Source: Malacoraja senta
Lineage: Eukaryota
NCBI GenBank assembly: GCA_038087875.1
Contig: CM075995.1
Location: 1,800,001-1,864,000 of the forward strand
Reading direction: 5' to 3'
DNA length: 64,000 nucleotides
Of the stretch, positions 37,324-49,741 are shown piece after piece (position 1 is the first letter of the stretch; every line of letters begins with the position of its first letter). Made by a program: the position numbers and the translations under genes. Below the pieces are notes generated by a model. That model was not told the DNA's origin. It was given only the letters and a program-made list of their open reading frames with translations, and did no database searches.

Positions 37324-38055
37324 AGGGCCTGTCCCCCTAGGCGATTTTTTAGGTGACTATCGGCGACTGTCATAGTCGTAGCAGGTCGCCGAAAAACCGG
37401 CGACTGGACTTACTGGGCCTGTCCCACTTAGGCGATTTTTCCAGTGACTGCCGGCGACTACAACAATGGAATTCACTGGAGTCAACACCGGCGACAACCT
37501 ATGTCCCCTGGCGACAACCTACGCCATCTTGGCGACAACCTACGTCCCCTGGCGACAACCTACGCCATTTTGGCCACAACCTACGTCCCCTGGCGACAAC
37601 CTGCGCCATCTTGGCGACAACCTACGTCCCCTGGCGACAACCTACGCCATCTTGGCGACAACCTACGTCCCCTGGCGACAACCTGCACCATCTTGGTGAC
37701 AACCTACGTCCCCTGGCGACAACCTGCGCCATCTTGGCGACAACCTACGTCCCCTGGCGACAACCTACGCCATCTTGGCGACAACCTACGTCCCCTGGCG
37801 ACAACCTGCGCCATCTTGGCGACAACCTACGTCCCCTGGCGACAACCTACGCCATCTTGGCGACAACCTACGACAGGAGAAGACAAGCTACGACGGTCGG
37901 CGACTGTCGACGAAAAGTTTTGAACATTTCAAAATCCAGCAGCGACCAGAAAAACGCTACGACGCTTTGGGCGACGAAGGAGGCTACTCACGACCGTACA
38001 GGCGACACCATGTGGCGGCAGTCGCCTAAAATATCGCCTAAGTGGCACAGGCCCT
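37324..38055. mobile_element. PIF/Harbinger-like MITE with internal minisatellite, inserted in a SINE head
   Basis: AGGGCCTGTCCC...TAGGCGAT / ATCGCCTAAGTGGCACAGGCCCT; extra internal left end at ~37415. Confidence 0.82.
37490..37872 (+). repeat. 41-bp dimeric minisatellite (9 units plus a partial)
   Basis: Strict alternation of GGCGACAACCTACGTCCCCT (20 bp) and GGCGACAACCTRCGCCATCTT (21 bp). Confidence 0.97.
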
Positions 38056-38544
38056 TTGCAGCCCCAGTGACCCGAAAATGTTAGTGTGCCCACACTGTGA
38101 TTTAGACCATGCCGCATAGTCCTACAGCGGTGATTTTGTAGCCCAAACAGAATGAGCATGCATCACATTAGCTGCCCACAGTTTGCATTACCACCCAAAA
38201 CAAATTTATAGCTCAAATCCACTATTTCCTTTATAAATTTTAAAAATTCAGTTAGGTTTAGTTTATTGTCACGTGTACAGTGAAAGGTTGTTGTTGCGTG
38301 CTAACCAGTCAGCAGAAAGATAATACATGATTACAATCGATCCATTGTAATAGACACATGTTAAGGGAATAAGTGTATAGATAAGTGTACGGATGCGTGA
38401 TAAGGGAATAACGTTTAGTACAACTTAAAGCCAGCAAAGTCCGATCAAGGAGTGTCTGAGGGTCACCAATGACGTAGATAGTAGTTCAGGACTTCTCTCT
38501 GGTTATGGTAGCATGATTCAGTTGCCTGATAACAGATAGCCATA

Positions 38545-38972
38545 GAGAGAGACATAGAGTGATACAGTGTGGAAACAGGCCCTTCGGCCCAACTCGCCCA
38601 CACCAGCCAACAATGTCCCAGCTACAGTAGTCCCACCTGCCTGTGCTTGGTCCACATCCCTCCAAACCTGTCCTATCCATGTACCTGTCTAACTGTTTCT
38701 TAAATGATGGGATAGTCCCAGCCCCAACTACCTCCTCTGGCAGCTTGTTCCATACACCCACCACCCTTTGTGTGAAATAGTTACCCCTCGGATTCCAATT
38801 AAATCTTTTCCCCTTCACCTTGAACCTATGTCCTCTGGTCCTCGATTCCCCTACTCTGGGCAAAGGACTCTGAGCGTCTACCCGATCTATTCCTCTCATG
38901 ATTTTGTACACCTCTATAAGGTCTCCCTTCATCCTCCCCTCGTGGAATAGAGACCCAGCCTACTCAACCTCT
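38545..38972 (-). mobile_element. CR1-clade LINE 3' end nested in a Rex1-like tail
   Basis: ORF 38486-38932 (GDLIEVYKIMRG...VWNKLP); Rex1-like sequence on both sides. Confidence 0.88.
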
Positions 38973-39269
38973 CTGTCCCTGAATTTCCAGGTGTGCGTTT
39001 TTACACTTCTATACCTTTTGCCTGAAGGGAGAGGAGAGGAGAGGGGAGAAGAGGGAGTGATAGATGGAGTCATACAGCACGTAAGCATGCCGTTCAACCC
39101 AACTTATGCATGTCAACCAGGATGCGTTACCTGCACTAGTCCCACCTCCCCACGTTTGGCCCCTATCCTGCTAAACCTTTTCTACCATGTACCTGTCTAA
39201 ATGTCTTTTAAAGATAGACACAACGTGCTGGAGCAGCCATTTTATAAATGGGGAGAGAATTCAGAAATC

Positions 39270-39995
39270 AAAGGTACAAAGGGACTTGGGAGTGGAGGGT
39301 GCAGAATTCTCCAAAAAGTTAATTTGCAAGTTGAATCGGTAGTAAGGAAGGCGAATGCATTGCTAGAATTTAATTCGAGTGGGCTACAATACAAAAACAG
39401 GGCTGAGTAATGATGAGACTTTATAAGGCACTGGTCAGGCCGCCTTTGGAGCATTGTGAGTAGTTTTGGGCATCATATCTGAGGAAGGGAGTGCTGGCTC
39501 TGGAGAGGGTCCAGAGGAGGTTTACGAGAAAGATCCCAGGAATGATTGGGTTAACATATGATGAGCGTTTGACGGCACTGGGTCGCTACTCGCTGGAGAT
39601 TAGAAGGATGAGTGGACACCTCATTCAAACTTACCGAATACTGCAAGGTCTGGATAGAGTGAATGTGGACAGGATGTTTCCACTCGTGGGAGAGTCTAGG
39701 ACCAGAGGCCACAGCCTCAGAATAAAAGCATGTACCTTTAGAAAGGAGATGAGAGAAATTGCTTTAGTCAGAGGGTGGTGAATCTGTGGAATTCATTGCC
39801 ACAGAAAACTGTGGAGGCCAAGTCAATGGATATTTTTAAGGCCTCCGGAGATTGACAGATTCTTGATTAGTACGGGTGTCAGGGTTTATGGGGAGGAAAA
39901 TGGGGTTGAGAGGTAATGATTGAATCAGCCATGATTGAATGGTGGAGGAGACTTAATGGGCCGAGTGGCCAAATTCTGTTTCTTGGACTTATGAA
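39270..39995 (+). mobile_element. CR1-clade LINE ORF2 3' fragment
   Basis: LALERVQRRFTRKIPGM...GESRTRGHSL. Confidence 0.88.
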
Positions 39996-40328
39996 TGTAT
40001 TCATTGCCTCATGATGGTGAAAATGTTGCACTAATTCAGATGGTCTGGGATTTTAAACAACTTACAACAATAGTGGAAAACTGAATAAATGCTACTAATT
40101 GGTGGAAAGGATTGTGTGACTTGAATAGTGGACAGTGGAATAGGGAATTATAATCTCTCTATCCAATTGCCTGTGGATGTGCCTGATGGTTTGTATGCAT
40201 TCACATTAACCTCTCAAGTAGCCCTGTCTGATGTATCATAGCCGCCTATATGACATTTAGTGCCTGTGACTCTCTCTTTAACCCTCAACCTACCTGATCT
40301 CCCGGTTGGCAAACACTTTAAAGCCCCT

Positions 40329-40974
40329 TGCAACCGCAAGAGATGCAACACTTGTCCCTTCACTTCCCCCCTCCACTCCATTCAAGGACCCAAGCAGTCG
40401 TTCCAGGTGCGACAGAGGTTCACCTGCATCTCCTCCAACCTCATCTATTGCATTCGCTGCTCTAGATGCCAGCTGATCTACATCGGTGAGACCAAGCGGA
40501 GGCTTGGCGATCGTTTCGCCGAACACCTCCGGTCGGTCCGCAATAACCAACCTGAACTCCCGGTGGCTCAGCACTTCAACTCCCCCTCCCATTCCGTATC
40601 TGACCTCTCTGTCCTGGGTCTCCTCCATGGCCACAGCGAGCAACACCATAAATTGGAGGAAATGCACCTCATATTCCGCTTGGGCAGTCTACATCCTGGT
40701 GGCCTGAACGTTGAATTCTCCCAATTCTGCTAGCCCTGGCTGTCCCCTCCCCTTTATCAGCCATCTGGTTGTCTCCTCCCCTCCCCCAGCCCTCGGGCTC
40801 CTCCTCCGCCTTTTCCTTTTTTCCTTTCTTCTCCCCACCCCCTATCAGTCTGAGGAAGGGTTTCGGCCCGAAACGTTACCTATTTCCTTCGCTCCATAGA
40901 TGCTGCTGCACCCGCTGAGTTTCTCCAGCATTTTTGTGTACCTTCGATTTTCCAGCATCTGCAGTTCCTTCTTT
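40329..40974 (+). mobile_element. Young 5'-truncated Penelope-like element: GIY-YIG endonuclease C-terminus plus pLTR
   Basis: CNRKRCNTC...NLIYCIRCSRCQLIYIGETKRRLGDRFAEH...VAQHFN, open to the stop at 40733; hammerhead core 40850-40877; 17-bp TSD AACACTTTAAAGCCCCT (40312-40328, 40975-40991). Confidence 0.92.
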
Positions 40975-40984
40975 AACACTTTAA

Positions 40985-41377
40985 AGCCCCTGTCCCACTT
41001 AGGAGACCTAAACAGCAATCTCTGGTGACCTTGCCCGCCACCCAAAATAAAATCAAGGTCGAGGTGACCTGCAACCTCCTACCACCTCCCACGCATATGT
41101 TGAAAACCTTCCTCGACTGTGAAGAAAACCGGCTTCGACTAGACCTGCGACTAAAAATTGATCGATTTTTAAAACGGCAACCTATTTTTAGTCGAGACGT
41201 CGGTTTTAAACACGATGAAAAAATAGCAGCAACCTAGATGACGCCTCGACCACGCGGAAACCACTTTCGACCATTAGGGAGAGTGACCAAAACCTCCGGT
41301 GAACCTCATGGAAACCTTGGGTGGCGGGCAAGGTCACCAGAGGTTGCTGTTTAGGTCTCCTAAGTGGGACTAGGGCT
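40985..41377. mobile_element. PIF/Harbinger-like MITE (393 bp)
   Basis: 61-bp TIR with 3 mismatches (AGCCCCTGTCCCACTTAGGAGACC...); TAA TSD. Confidence 0.88.
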
Positions 41378-42136
41378 TAACTCCCCCTCCCATTCCCACA
41401 CTGACCTTTTTGTCCTGGGCCTCCTCCACTGTCTGAGTGAGGCCCAACACAAATTGGAGGAACAGCACCTCATATTTCGCTTGGGCAGCTTACACCCCAG
41501 CGGTATGAACATTGACTTCTCTAACTTCAAGTAACTCTTGCTTTCCCTCTCTCTCTATCTGTCCCCCTTCCCAGTTCTCCCACCAGTCTTACTGTCCTCC
41601 TGATTAAATTTCACATTGCATGCCTCGTTGTCAGCTTCCCCTCGCTAACAATGATCTATTCTACATTTTCCTTGATCTTTGCTCCCTTTGATCCCTCGTT
41701 TTCACACCTTGCCCTTCCATATCACGGCAGCATGGTGGCGCAGCAGTAGAGTTGCTGCCTTACAGCGCCAGAGACCTGGGTGTGATCCTGATTGTCTGTA
41801 CGGAGTTTGTACGTTCTCCCCGTGACCTGCGTGGGTTTTCTCCGAGATCTTCGGATTCCTCCCACACTCCAAAGACATGCAGGTTTGTAGGTTAATTGGC
41901 TTTGGTGTAAATGTAAAATGTCCCTATTGTGTGTAGGATAATGTTAATGTGAGGGTAACGCTGGTGGGCCGAAGGGCCTGTTTCAATGCTGTACCTCTAA
42001 ACTAAACGAAATATCACACATTTTCCTCTGCCCCGACTCTCAGTCTGAAGAAGGGTCTCGACCCGAAACGTCACCCATTCCTTCCATGCAGAGATGCTGC
42101 CTGTCCCGCTGAGTTACTCCAGCATTTTGTGTCTTT
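41378..42136 (+). mobile_element. Older Penelope 3' fragment/pLTR, interrupted by HE1-like SINE 41726-42010
   Basis: KLEEQHLIFRLGSLHP-like sequence; SINE TSD ATATCAC; hammerhead core at 42045-42072. Confidence 0.85.
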
Positions 42137-42883
42137 TTATTGTCAAAAGTTCTTTCACTTATTTGCCTTCAGTGAAAGCAATCTTACTACACAATCCCAA
42201 AAGCTCTACATAAAGGAACAATTTACTGAGTTTATTATTACGTAGAATCTGATGATAACTAAACAGTAGTGAGATTGATGAGCATCCAGTTCAGGTTGAA
42301 TGGCAATTGTACACAAATAGAACGATTTAAGTGCGGTCATACTCTGCGCCTTTGAATGATTAATGTTATGGTTTCTGTTCCAACAGTGTTGAGCTCTCCT
42401 TATTTCAGCAACTGTGAAATATTTGCTTGGATTCAACGTATAATTTCCAGAAGGATGGATGTTATCGATAGAGTGATACAGCGTGGAAACGGGCCCTTCG
42501 ACTCAACTTGCCCACACCGGCCAACATGTCCAATCTACACTAGTCCCACCTGCCCGCGTTTGGCCCACTTCCCTCCAAACCTGCCCTATCCGTGTACCTG
42601 TGCAACTGTTTATTAAACATTGCAACGGTCCCTGCCTCAACTACCTCCTCTGGCAGCTCATTCCATACACCCGCCACCCTTGTGTGTGAAAAAGTTACCC
42701 CTCAGATTCCTATTAAATAGAACAATTTAAACATAACTACTTATTTGATAAATCAGTAGCCATTGCTTTTAGTGCAAAATAAACAAATTTGCTGTTGTAA
42801 ACATTCCCACCGATTGTATATGGAATTAGCCGCCAGAGGACGTAGTTGAGGCAGGTACTATAACAACATTTAAAAGACATTTG

Positions 42884-43135
42884 GGGCGGTCACGGTGGCG
42901 CAGCGGTAGAGTTGCTGCCTTACAGTGAATGCAGCGCCGGAGACCCGGGTTCGATCCCAATTACGGGTGCCTGTCTGCACAGAGTGTTTATGTTCTCCAC
43001 GTGACCTGCGTGGGTTTTCTCCGAGATCTTCGGTTTCTCCCTTGAAATAAATTAAACCCAAGTGATTTCACCACATTGTGCTGGCTCGAAGACAATGTCA
43101 GGAGTAGGCCACCCCCTGCACTGGCCTACTCCTGT
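42884..43135 (+). mobile_element. HE1-like SINE 5' half with patchwork insertion
   Basis: Near-identical to 46517-46765. Confidence 0.82.
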
Positions 43136-43137
43136 AA

Positions 43138-43525
43138 TTAGGGGATCTTATAGAAACATATAAAATTGTTAAGGGATTGGACACGCCAGATGCAGGAAAC
43201 ATGTTTCCGATGTTGGGGGAGTCCAGAACCAGGGGCCACAATTAAGAATAAGGGGTAGGCCATTTAGAACTGAGATGAGGAAAAACTTTTTCACCCAGAG
43301 GGTTGAGAATTTGTGGAATTCTCTGCCTCAAAAGACAGCGGAGACCGATTCACTGGATGCATTCAAAAGAGAGTTAGATAGAGCTCGTAGGGCTAGCAGA
43401 ATCGAGGGATATGGGGAGGCAGGAACGGGGTACTGATTGTGGATGATCAGCCATGATCACATTGAATGGCTTGAAGGGCCGAATGGCCTAGTTCCTGCAC
43501 CTATTGTCTATGTATCTATGTATCT
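43138..43525 (+). mobile_element. CR1-clade LINE 3' end
   Basis: Family similarity. Confidence 0.87.
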
Positions 43526-43537
43526 ATATAAATGTAT

Positions 43538-43940
43538 CTGTGGCAATGAATTCCACAGAGTCGCCATCCTCTGACTAAATAAATTCCTCCTCATCTCCTC
43601 CCGAAAGGAAGGTCCTCTAATTCTGAGGCTATGACCTAGACTCTCCCACTAGTGGAAACATCCTCTCCACATCCATTCTATCCAGGCCTTTCACTATTCG
43701 GTAAGTTTCAATGAGGACCCCCCTCGTCCTTCTAAACTCCAGCGAGTACAGGCCCAGTGTCGACAAACGCTCATCATAGGTCAACCTACTCATTCCTGGG
43801 ATCATTCTTGTAAACCTCATCTGGACCCTCTCCAGAGCCAGCACATCCTTCCACAGATATGGTGCCCAAAATTGTTCACAATACTCCAAATGCAGCCAGA
43901 CCAGAGCTTTAAAGAGCATTACATCCCTGTTTCTGTATTC
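43538..43940 (-). mobile_element. CR1-clade LINE ORF2 fragment
   Basis: ORF 43629-43919 (LEYCEQFWAPYL...). Confidence 0.88.
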
Positions 43941-44186
43941 TAGTATTCTAGTAAATATTTATTTGGTATGTCAGACTTGTAACCAATGCTAGAAGATTAT
44001 TTTTGTTTTCCTGAAATACTTCTAAGGAGGACCAGGCGTGTGGGGAATCACCGAGAACTAAGGAGGACCGCAATGGAATGTGTTAAAAATGGTTTGTGTT
44101 AAAATGGGCTACTTTGTAACCCTGTCGGCGCCCTTTATGTAGCGACTCTTTGCATACCGTGGGTAGGCAGAACAAAGAATATCACC

Positions 44187-44982
44187 AGAGGTCATAGACT
44201 CAGAATAAAATGACGTGCCTTTAGGAAGGAGATGAGGAGGAATCTCTTTAATCAGAGGGCGGTGAATCTGTGGAATTAATTGCCACAGAAGGCTGTGGAG
44301 GCCACGTCAATGGAAATCTACTTCTTATTTTGCAAGGAGAGTCTCGGACTAGAGGTCATAGCCTCAGAATTAACGGAAGTTCTTTGAGGAAGGAGATGAG
44401 GAGAAATTTCTTTAGTCTTTAGAGGGCAGTGAATCTGTGGATTTATTTGCCACAGAAGGCTGTGGAGGCCATCAATTGATATTTTTAAGGCAGAGGTAGA
44501 TAGATTCTTGATTCATAAGGGTGTCAGGGGTTATGGGAACAAGGCAGGAGAATGGGGTTGAGAGGGAGAGACAGATCAGCCATGACGGAATGGCGGAGTA
44601 GACTTGATGGGCCGAATAGCCTAATTGTGGTCCTATCACTTATAGACAATAGACAATAGCTGCAGGAGTAGGCCATTCGGCCCATCGAGCCAGCACCGCC
44701 ATTCAATGTGATCATCGCTGATCATCCACAATCACTACCCCGTTCCTGCCTTCTCCCCATATCCCCTGACTCCGCTATTTTTAAGGGCCCTATCTAGCTC
44801 TCTCTTGAAAGCATCCAGAGAACCTGCCTCCACCGTCCTCTGAGGCAGAGGATTCCACAGACTCACCACTCTCCGTGAGAAAAAGTGTTTCCTCATCTCC
44901 GTTCTAAATGGCTTACTCCTTATTCTTAAACTGTGGCCCCTGGTTCTGGACTCCCCCAACATCGGGAACATGTTTCCTGCAT
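44187..44982. mobile_element. Cluster of CR1 3' ends (two plus-strand, one minus-strand)
   Basis: Plus 44187-44310 and 44340-44640; minus 44643-44982 (ORF 44735-44995). Confidence 0.82.
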
Positions 44983-45189
44983 GAACATGAATCATTGAAT
45001 CATTGGTTGCTTCACCAAAATCAAATCACTTGGGGTTTAATTTATTTCAAGAAAGATTCACCCAGTTTGATCCGGCCAGGTCAAAGGGACTGGGTTTTTA
45101 AAACGTTCTAAAGTGTTCCACTTTTTGGATGAATCATTGGTTGACGTTCAAGCTGGAGAGAGTCACCTTGGCAACAAGTGGCAGCAAAT

Positions 45190-45556
45190 CAAGAGAGGAA
45201 GAAATCGGGTAGATGTTCAGAGTCTCTTGCCTAGAGTGGGTGAATCGGGGACCAGAGAACATAGGTTCAAGGTGAAGGGGAAAAGATTTAATAGGAATAC
45301 AAGGGGTAACTTTTTCACACAGAGGGTGGTGGGGTGTATGGAACAAGCTGCCAGAGGAGGTTGTTGAGGCTGGGACTATCCCAACGTTTAAGTAACAGTT
45401 AGATAGGTACATTGGATAGGACAAGTTTCGAGGTACAGTATATGGACCATAAGCAGGCAGGTGGGACTAGTGTAGCTGGGACATGTTGGCCGGAGTGGGC
45501 AAGTTGGGCCGAAGGGCCTGTTTCCACACTGTATCACTCTTTGACTCTATGACTCT
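45190..45556 (+). mobile_element. CR1-clade LINE 3' end (second subfamily)
   Basis: RVDVQSLLPRVGES...; (TGACTCTA)n tail. Confidence 0.85.
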
Positions 45557-46037
45557 AAAAATAAGCCCCAATTTAGTTTTGCTCTGGATCGCCTGATAGC
45601 AAAGGTGTTGTGTAATGGAACATTATGTTTGAAGGCTGTTAATGTGACTCGTTCAGTGCAGTACAGTTCAGTTTAGTTCATTGTCACGTGTACTGAGGTA
45701 CAGTGAAAAGCTTTTGCTGTGTGGGGAGAAGAGGAGGTGGCCAGTCCTGGATTATGCTGCTGGCCTTGCCGAGGCAGCGTGAGGTGCAAATGGAGTCAGT
45801 GGAAATTAATTTACTGCACCAGAGATTCACCCAGCTGAATGGCCTTCATTACATTGCAATACTGCCAACTGAGACAGATAAAGTGAAGATTCCTGAAAGT
45901 AATGGCTGAGTCTTATAGAGTCATAGAGCTACACAATGCAGCAACTGGTCCATTGACCCAACTTGTCCATACTAGCCAAGATGTCTACAGAGCTAGTTCA
46001 CGGGTCATTGTGCTTGGGCATCAACAACTCACTGTCA

Positions 46038-46465
46038 AGGGTGCAAAAGTACTTTAAAAAAAATAAAAAATTGAGGTCGGGTAAGGGGGGATGATAGTTG
46101 AAGAGTTGGTATGTCCTATTTACGTAATGCTCAAAAAAATATTTGTTTTTCTTTTTTTTTCCTCTCTCTTTTTCTCTTTTTTTTTTCCTAGGGCCTATTT
46201 CTTAACTCTTTTTCTTTTGTTTTTAATTTCGCTCTCATAGGGTCTTCGTCCTTTTTTGTTGTTACATTTTCTACACTTTTCTACACTTTCACTTTTTCCT
46301 TCACTTTCTTCTCTCTTTCAATCTTTTCCTTTTTTAGTGTAAAAATAAATAAATAAAGGGAGTACATTAATTGTAAGAAGATACAAATGACGAGTATTAA
46401 TGTATGTGGTTGTAATGTAATATACTTCTAATAAATAAAAATTAAAAAAAATAAAATAAAAAAAA
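46038..46465 (+). mobile_element. L1-clade LINE 3' UTR insertion
   Basis: 15-bp TSD AACAACTCACTGTCA (46023-46037, 46466-46480); poly-A tail. Confidence 0.88.
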
Positions 46466-46516
46466 AACAACTCACTGTCATCACGGTCATCAACTCACGG
46501 TCAACAACTCACGGCA

Positions 46517-46940
46517 GTCACGGTGGCGCAGCGGTAAAGTCGCTGCCTTTCAAGCGCATACAGCGCCGGAGACCCGGGTTCGATCCCAATTACGGGCGCT
46601 GTCTGCATGGAGTGTTTATGTTCTCCCCGTGACCTGCGTGGGTTTTCTCCGAGATCTTCGGTTTCTCCCTTGAAATAAATTAAACCCAAGTGATTTCACC
46701 ACATTGTGCTGGCTCGAAGACAATGTCAGGAGTAGGACACCCCCCTGCACTGGCCTACTCCTGCAAATATGGTCCATTGTCTATTGACCCATATTCCAAG
46801 TACAGGTTATAAGTTAATTGGCTCGGTAAATGTAAAAAATTGTCCCTAATGTGTGTTAATGAGCGGGGATCGCTGGTCGGCGCAGACCCGGTGGGCCGAA
46901 GGGCCTGTGTCTGTGCTGTATCTCTAAACTAAAACTAAAC
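46517..46940 (+). mobile_element. HE1-like SINE with internal patchwork insertion
   Basis: SINE head to 46668, insertion ~46669-46798, then SINE tail. Confidence 0.85.
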
Positions 46941-47021
46941 GCCTGAACCTCTGCTGTATGCACCGTGAGCAGCTCACTCGTGCAGTTAGCATGCAGAGAG
47001 CTTTCACACAGCAGTACGGTT

Positions 47022-47741
47022 GGGACGGGACAGTGGCGCAGCGGGCGAGTTGCTGCCTAACGGCGCCAGAGACCCGGGTTCAATCCTGACTATGGGCGCT
47101 GTCTGTACGGAGTTTGTACATTCTCCCCGTGACCCTGGGTGCGTCTGGTTTCCTCCCACACCCCAAAGACGTCCAGGTTTGGAGGTTTATTGGCTTTGGT
47201 AAAAATAGTAAGTTGTCCCTAGTGTGTAGGGTAGCGCTAGTGTACGGGGTGATCGCTGGTGGGCGCGGATTCGATGGGCCGAAGGGCCTGTTTCTGTGCT
47301 GTATCTATAAACTAAACTAACCTACACTAAACTAAACAGAGACCCAGTTCCCTGAGTTTGATGATAAGTTTAAAGGGGATGATAATATCTACGACACAAC
47401 GTTTTATGTGACGTGTTTTTTTAAATTTCAGCTTTAGTTTTGGAGATACAGCGCGCAAACAGGCCCTTCGGCCCACTGAGTCTGCGCTGACCAACGATCC
47501 CCGCACACTAACACTGCCCTAGACACACTAGGGACAATTTTACATATTATACCAAGCCAATAAACCTACAAAACCTGTAGGTCTTTGGAGTGTGGGAGGA
47601 AACCGAAGATCCCGGAGAAAACCCACGCAGGTCTCGGGGAGAACGTACAAACTCCGTTTAGACAGCACCCGTGGTCAGGATCGAACCTGGGTCTCTGGTG
47701 GTGTGAGGCAGCAACTCTACCGCTGCGCCACTGTGCCGCCC
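47022..47741. mobile_element. Tail-to-tail pair of HE1-like SINEs
   Basis: Plus 47022-47335, minus 47430-47741. Confidence 0.88.
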
Positions 47742-48320
47742 CTGTCTCTGGCACTAAGTATTATGTGGCAGGTCATGGTATTTTAGACAGCCCATTTATA
47801 TTGGTGTCATATTTATTGTTGGGGTGGGAGATTACAACCTTCACGTGCACAATCAAATAAGATCAAATAGAACAAGTTGTCCTACAACTTTAGGCTGTGC
47901 ACGCCATACGCAAGAAGAAGAAGATTGCCACCAATATTGTCTGCATTATTGAGTAAGCTCCATTACTTGCCATTGTAAACCTCCCTTCCCCCAACCAATT
48001 GATTTCCATGTGAACTGTTTAGGTCTTGATGGTGTCTTAGCAGGGCAGGTGCAGTTTTGCAAATATATTCTATGAAATTGGCCCCAGTAGTATTCTGAAT
48101 CTTCTATTTTCAATCGTCAAAACAGGAAGATGGTCAATTCCCTGCAGATAAGGTGGGAGTTATCAGCTAACAGATCAGACTAGCTCTTTCTGTGCGGCAA
48201 TTCATCAGTAAGGAAAAGTTTGAGTCAGATTTTTCTCCCAAAAGAAGTGTGTATGGTATAAAATAAATAACGGAACAATGTGTAGGAAGGAACTGCAGAT
48301 GCTGGTTTAAACCGAAGAGA

Positions 48321-48987
48321 TACTGATACCCAAAGCAGAATGGATTATCTTCGGAATAACGGAAGATGATCCAGAACTAAATGTGTTTCAAAAGAAATTA
48401 ATGGATTATGGGTTAATAACTGGAAAAAAGCTAATTCTAAAATTTTGGAAGAAGGCTCCAATACCAACTATAAATATGTGGATTTCAAATATGTTTGAAA
48501 CACTACACCTTGAAGAGATAAGACTCCTCCTAGCAGGTAAACCAGATCACTTCCACCTGACGTGGTCTGCATTTATAGAATTATTACAAACATAGGGTGC
48601 AAAAGTACTTTAAAAAAATAAAAAATTGAGGTCGGGTAAGGGGGGATGATAGTTGAAGAGTTGGTATGTCCTATTTACGTGATGCTCAAAAAAAAAAAAT
48701 ATTTGTTTTTCTTTTTTTCTCTTTCTCTTTTCTTTTCTTAGGGCCTATTTCTTAACTCTTTTTCTTTTTGTTTTTAATTTCGCTCTTATAGGGTCTTCGT
48801 CCTTTTTTGTTGTTACATTTTCTACACTTTTCTACACTTGCACTTTTTCCTTCACTTTCTTCTCTCTTTCAATCTTTTCTTTCTTTAGTGTAAAAAAATA
48901 AATAAAGGGAGTACATTAATTGTAAGAAGATATAAATGACGAGTATTAATGTATGTGGCTGTGATGTAATGTACTTCTAATAAATAA

Positions 48988-49022
<35 letters not shown>
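48321..49022 (+). mobile_element. L1-clade LINE 3' end (ORF2 C-terminus, UTR and poly-A)
   Basis: YGLITGKKLILKFWKK..PTINMWISNMFETLHLEEIR; ~30-nt pure poly-A; TSD CGAAGAGA (48313-48320, 49023-49030). Confidence 0.88.
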
Positions 49023-49023
<1 letters not shown>

Positions 49024-49122
49024 GAAGAGAGACACAAAAAGCTGGAGTAACTCAGCGGGACAGGCAGCACATCTGGAGAAAAGGAATGGGTGACGTTTTG
49101 GGTCGAGACCCTTCTTAGTAAT

Positions 49123-49741
49123 ATAGAAACATAGAAAATAGGTGCAGGAGTAGGCCATTTGGCCCTTCGAGCCTGCACCGCCATTCAATATGATCATGGC
49201 TGATCATCCAACTCAGTATCCTGTACCTGCCTTCTCTCCATACCCCCTGATCCCTTTAGCCACAAGGGCCACATCTAACTCCCTCTTAAATATAGCCAAT
49301 GAACTGGCCTCAACTACCCTCTGTGGCAGAGAGTTCCAGAGATTCACCACTCTCTGTGTGAAAAATGTTTTTCTCATCTCGGTCCTAAAAGATTTCCCCC
49401 TTATCCTTAAAATGTGACCCCTTGTTCTGGACTTCCCCAACATCGGGAACAATCTTCCTGCATCTAGCCTGTCCAACCCCATAAGAATTTTGTAAGTTTC
49501 TATAAGAACCCCCCTCAATCTTCTAAATTCTAGCGAGTACAAGCCGAGTCTATCCAGTCTTTCTTGATATGAAAGTCCTGCCATCCCAGGAATCAGTCTG
49601 GTGAACCTTCTCTGTACTCCCTCTGTGTCAAGAATGTCCTTCCTCAGATTTGGAGACCAAAACTGTACACAATACTCCAGGTGTGGTCTCACCAAGACCC
49701 TGTACAACTGCAGTAGAACCTCCCTGCTCCTATACTCAAAT
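49123..49741 (-). mobile_element. CR1-clade LINE 3' fragment
   Basis: ORF 49213-49707 (LVRPHLEYCVQFWSP...); splits a pLTR element at CCTTCTT. Confidence 0.92.

Noticed and set aside
37490..37872. CRISPR-like repeat array
   Set aside because: Linkers are only 6-7 bp and alternate between two fixed sequences. There are no unique spacers and no cas genes, and the context is a vertebrate MITE.
37353..38084. 243-aa repetitive ORF and overlapping ORFs as a gene
   Set aside because: Artefact of a stop-free 41-bp tandem repeat read through three frames.
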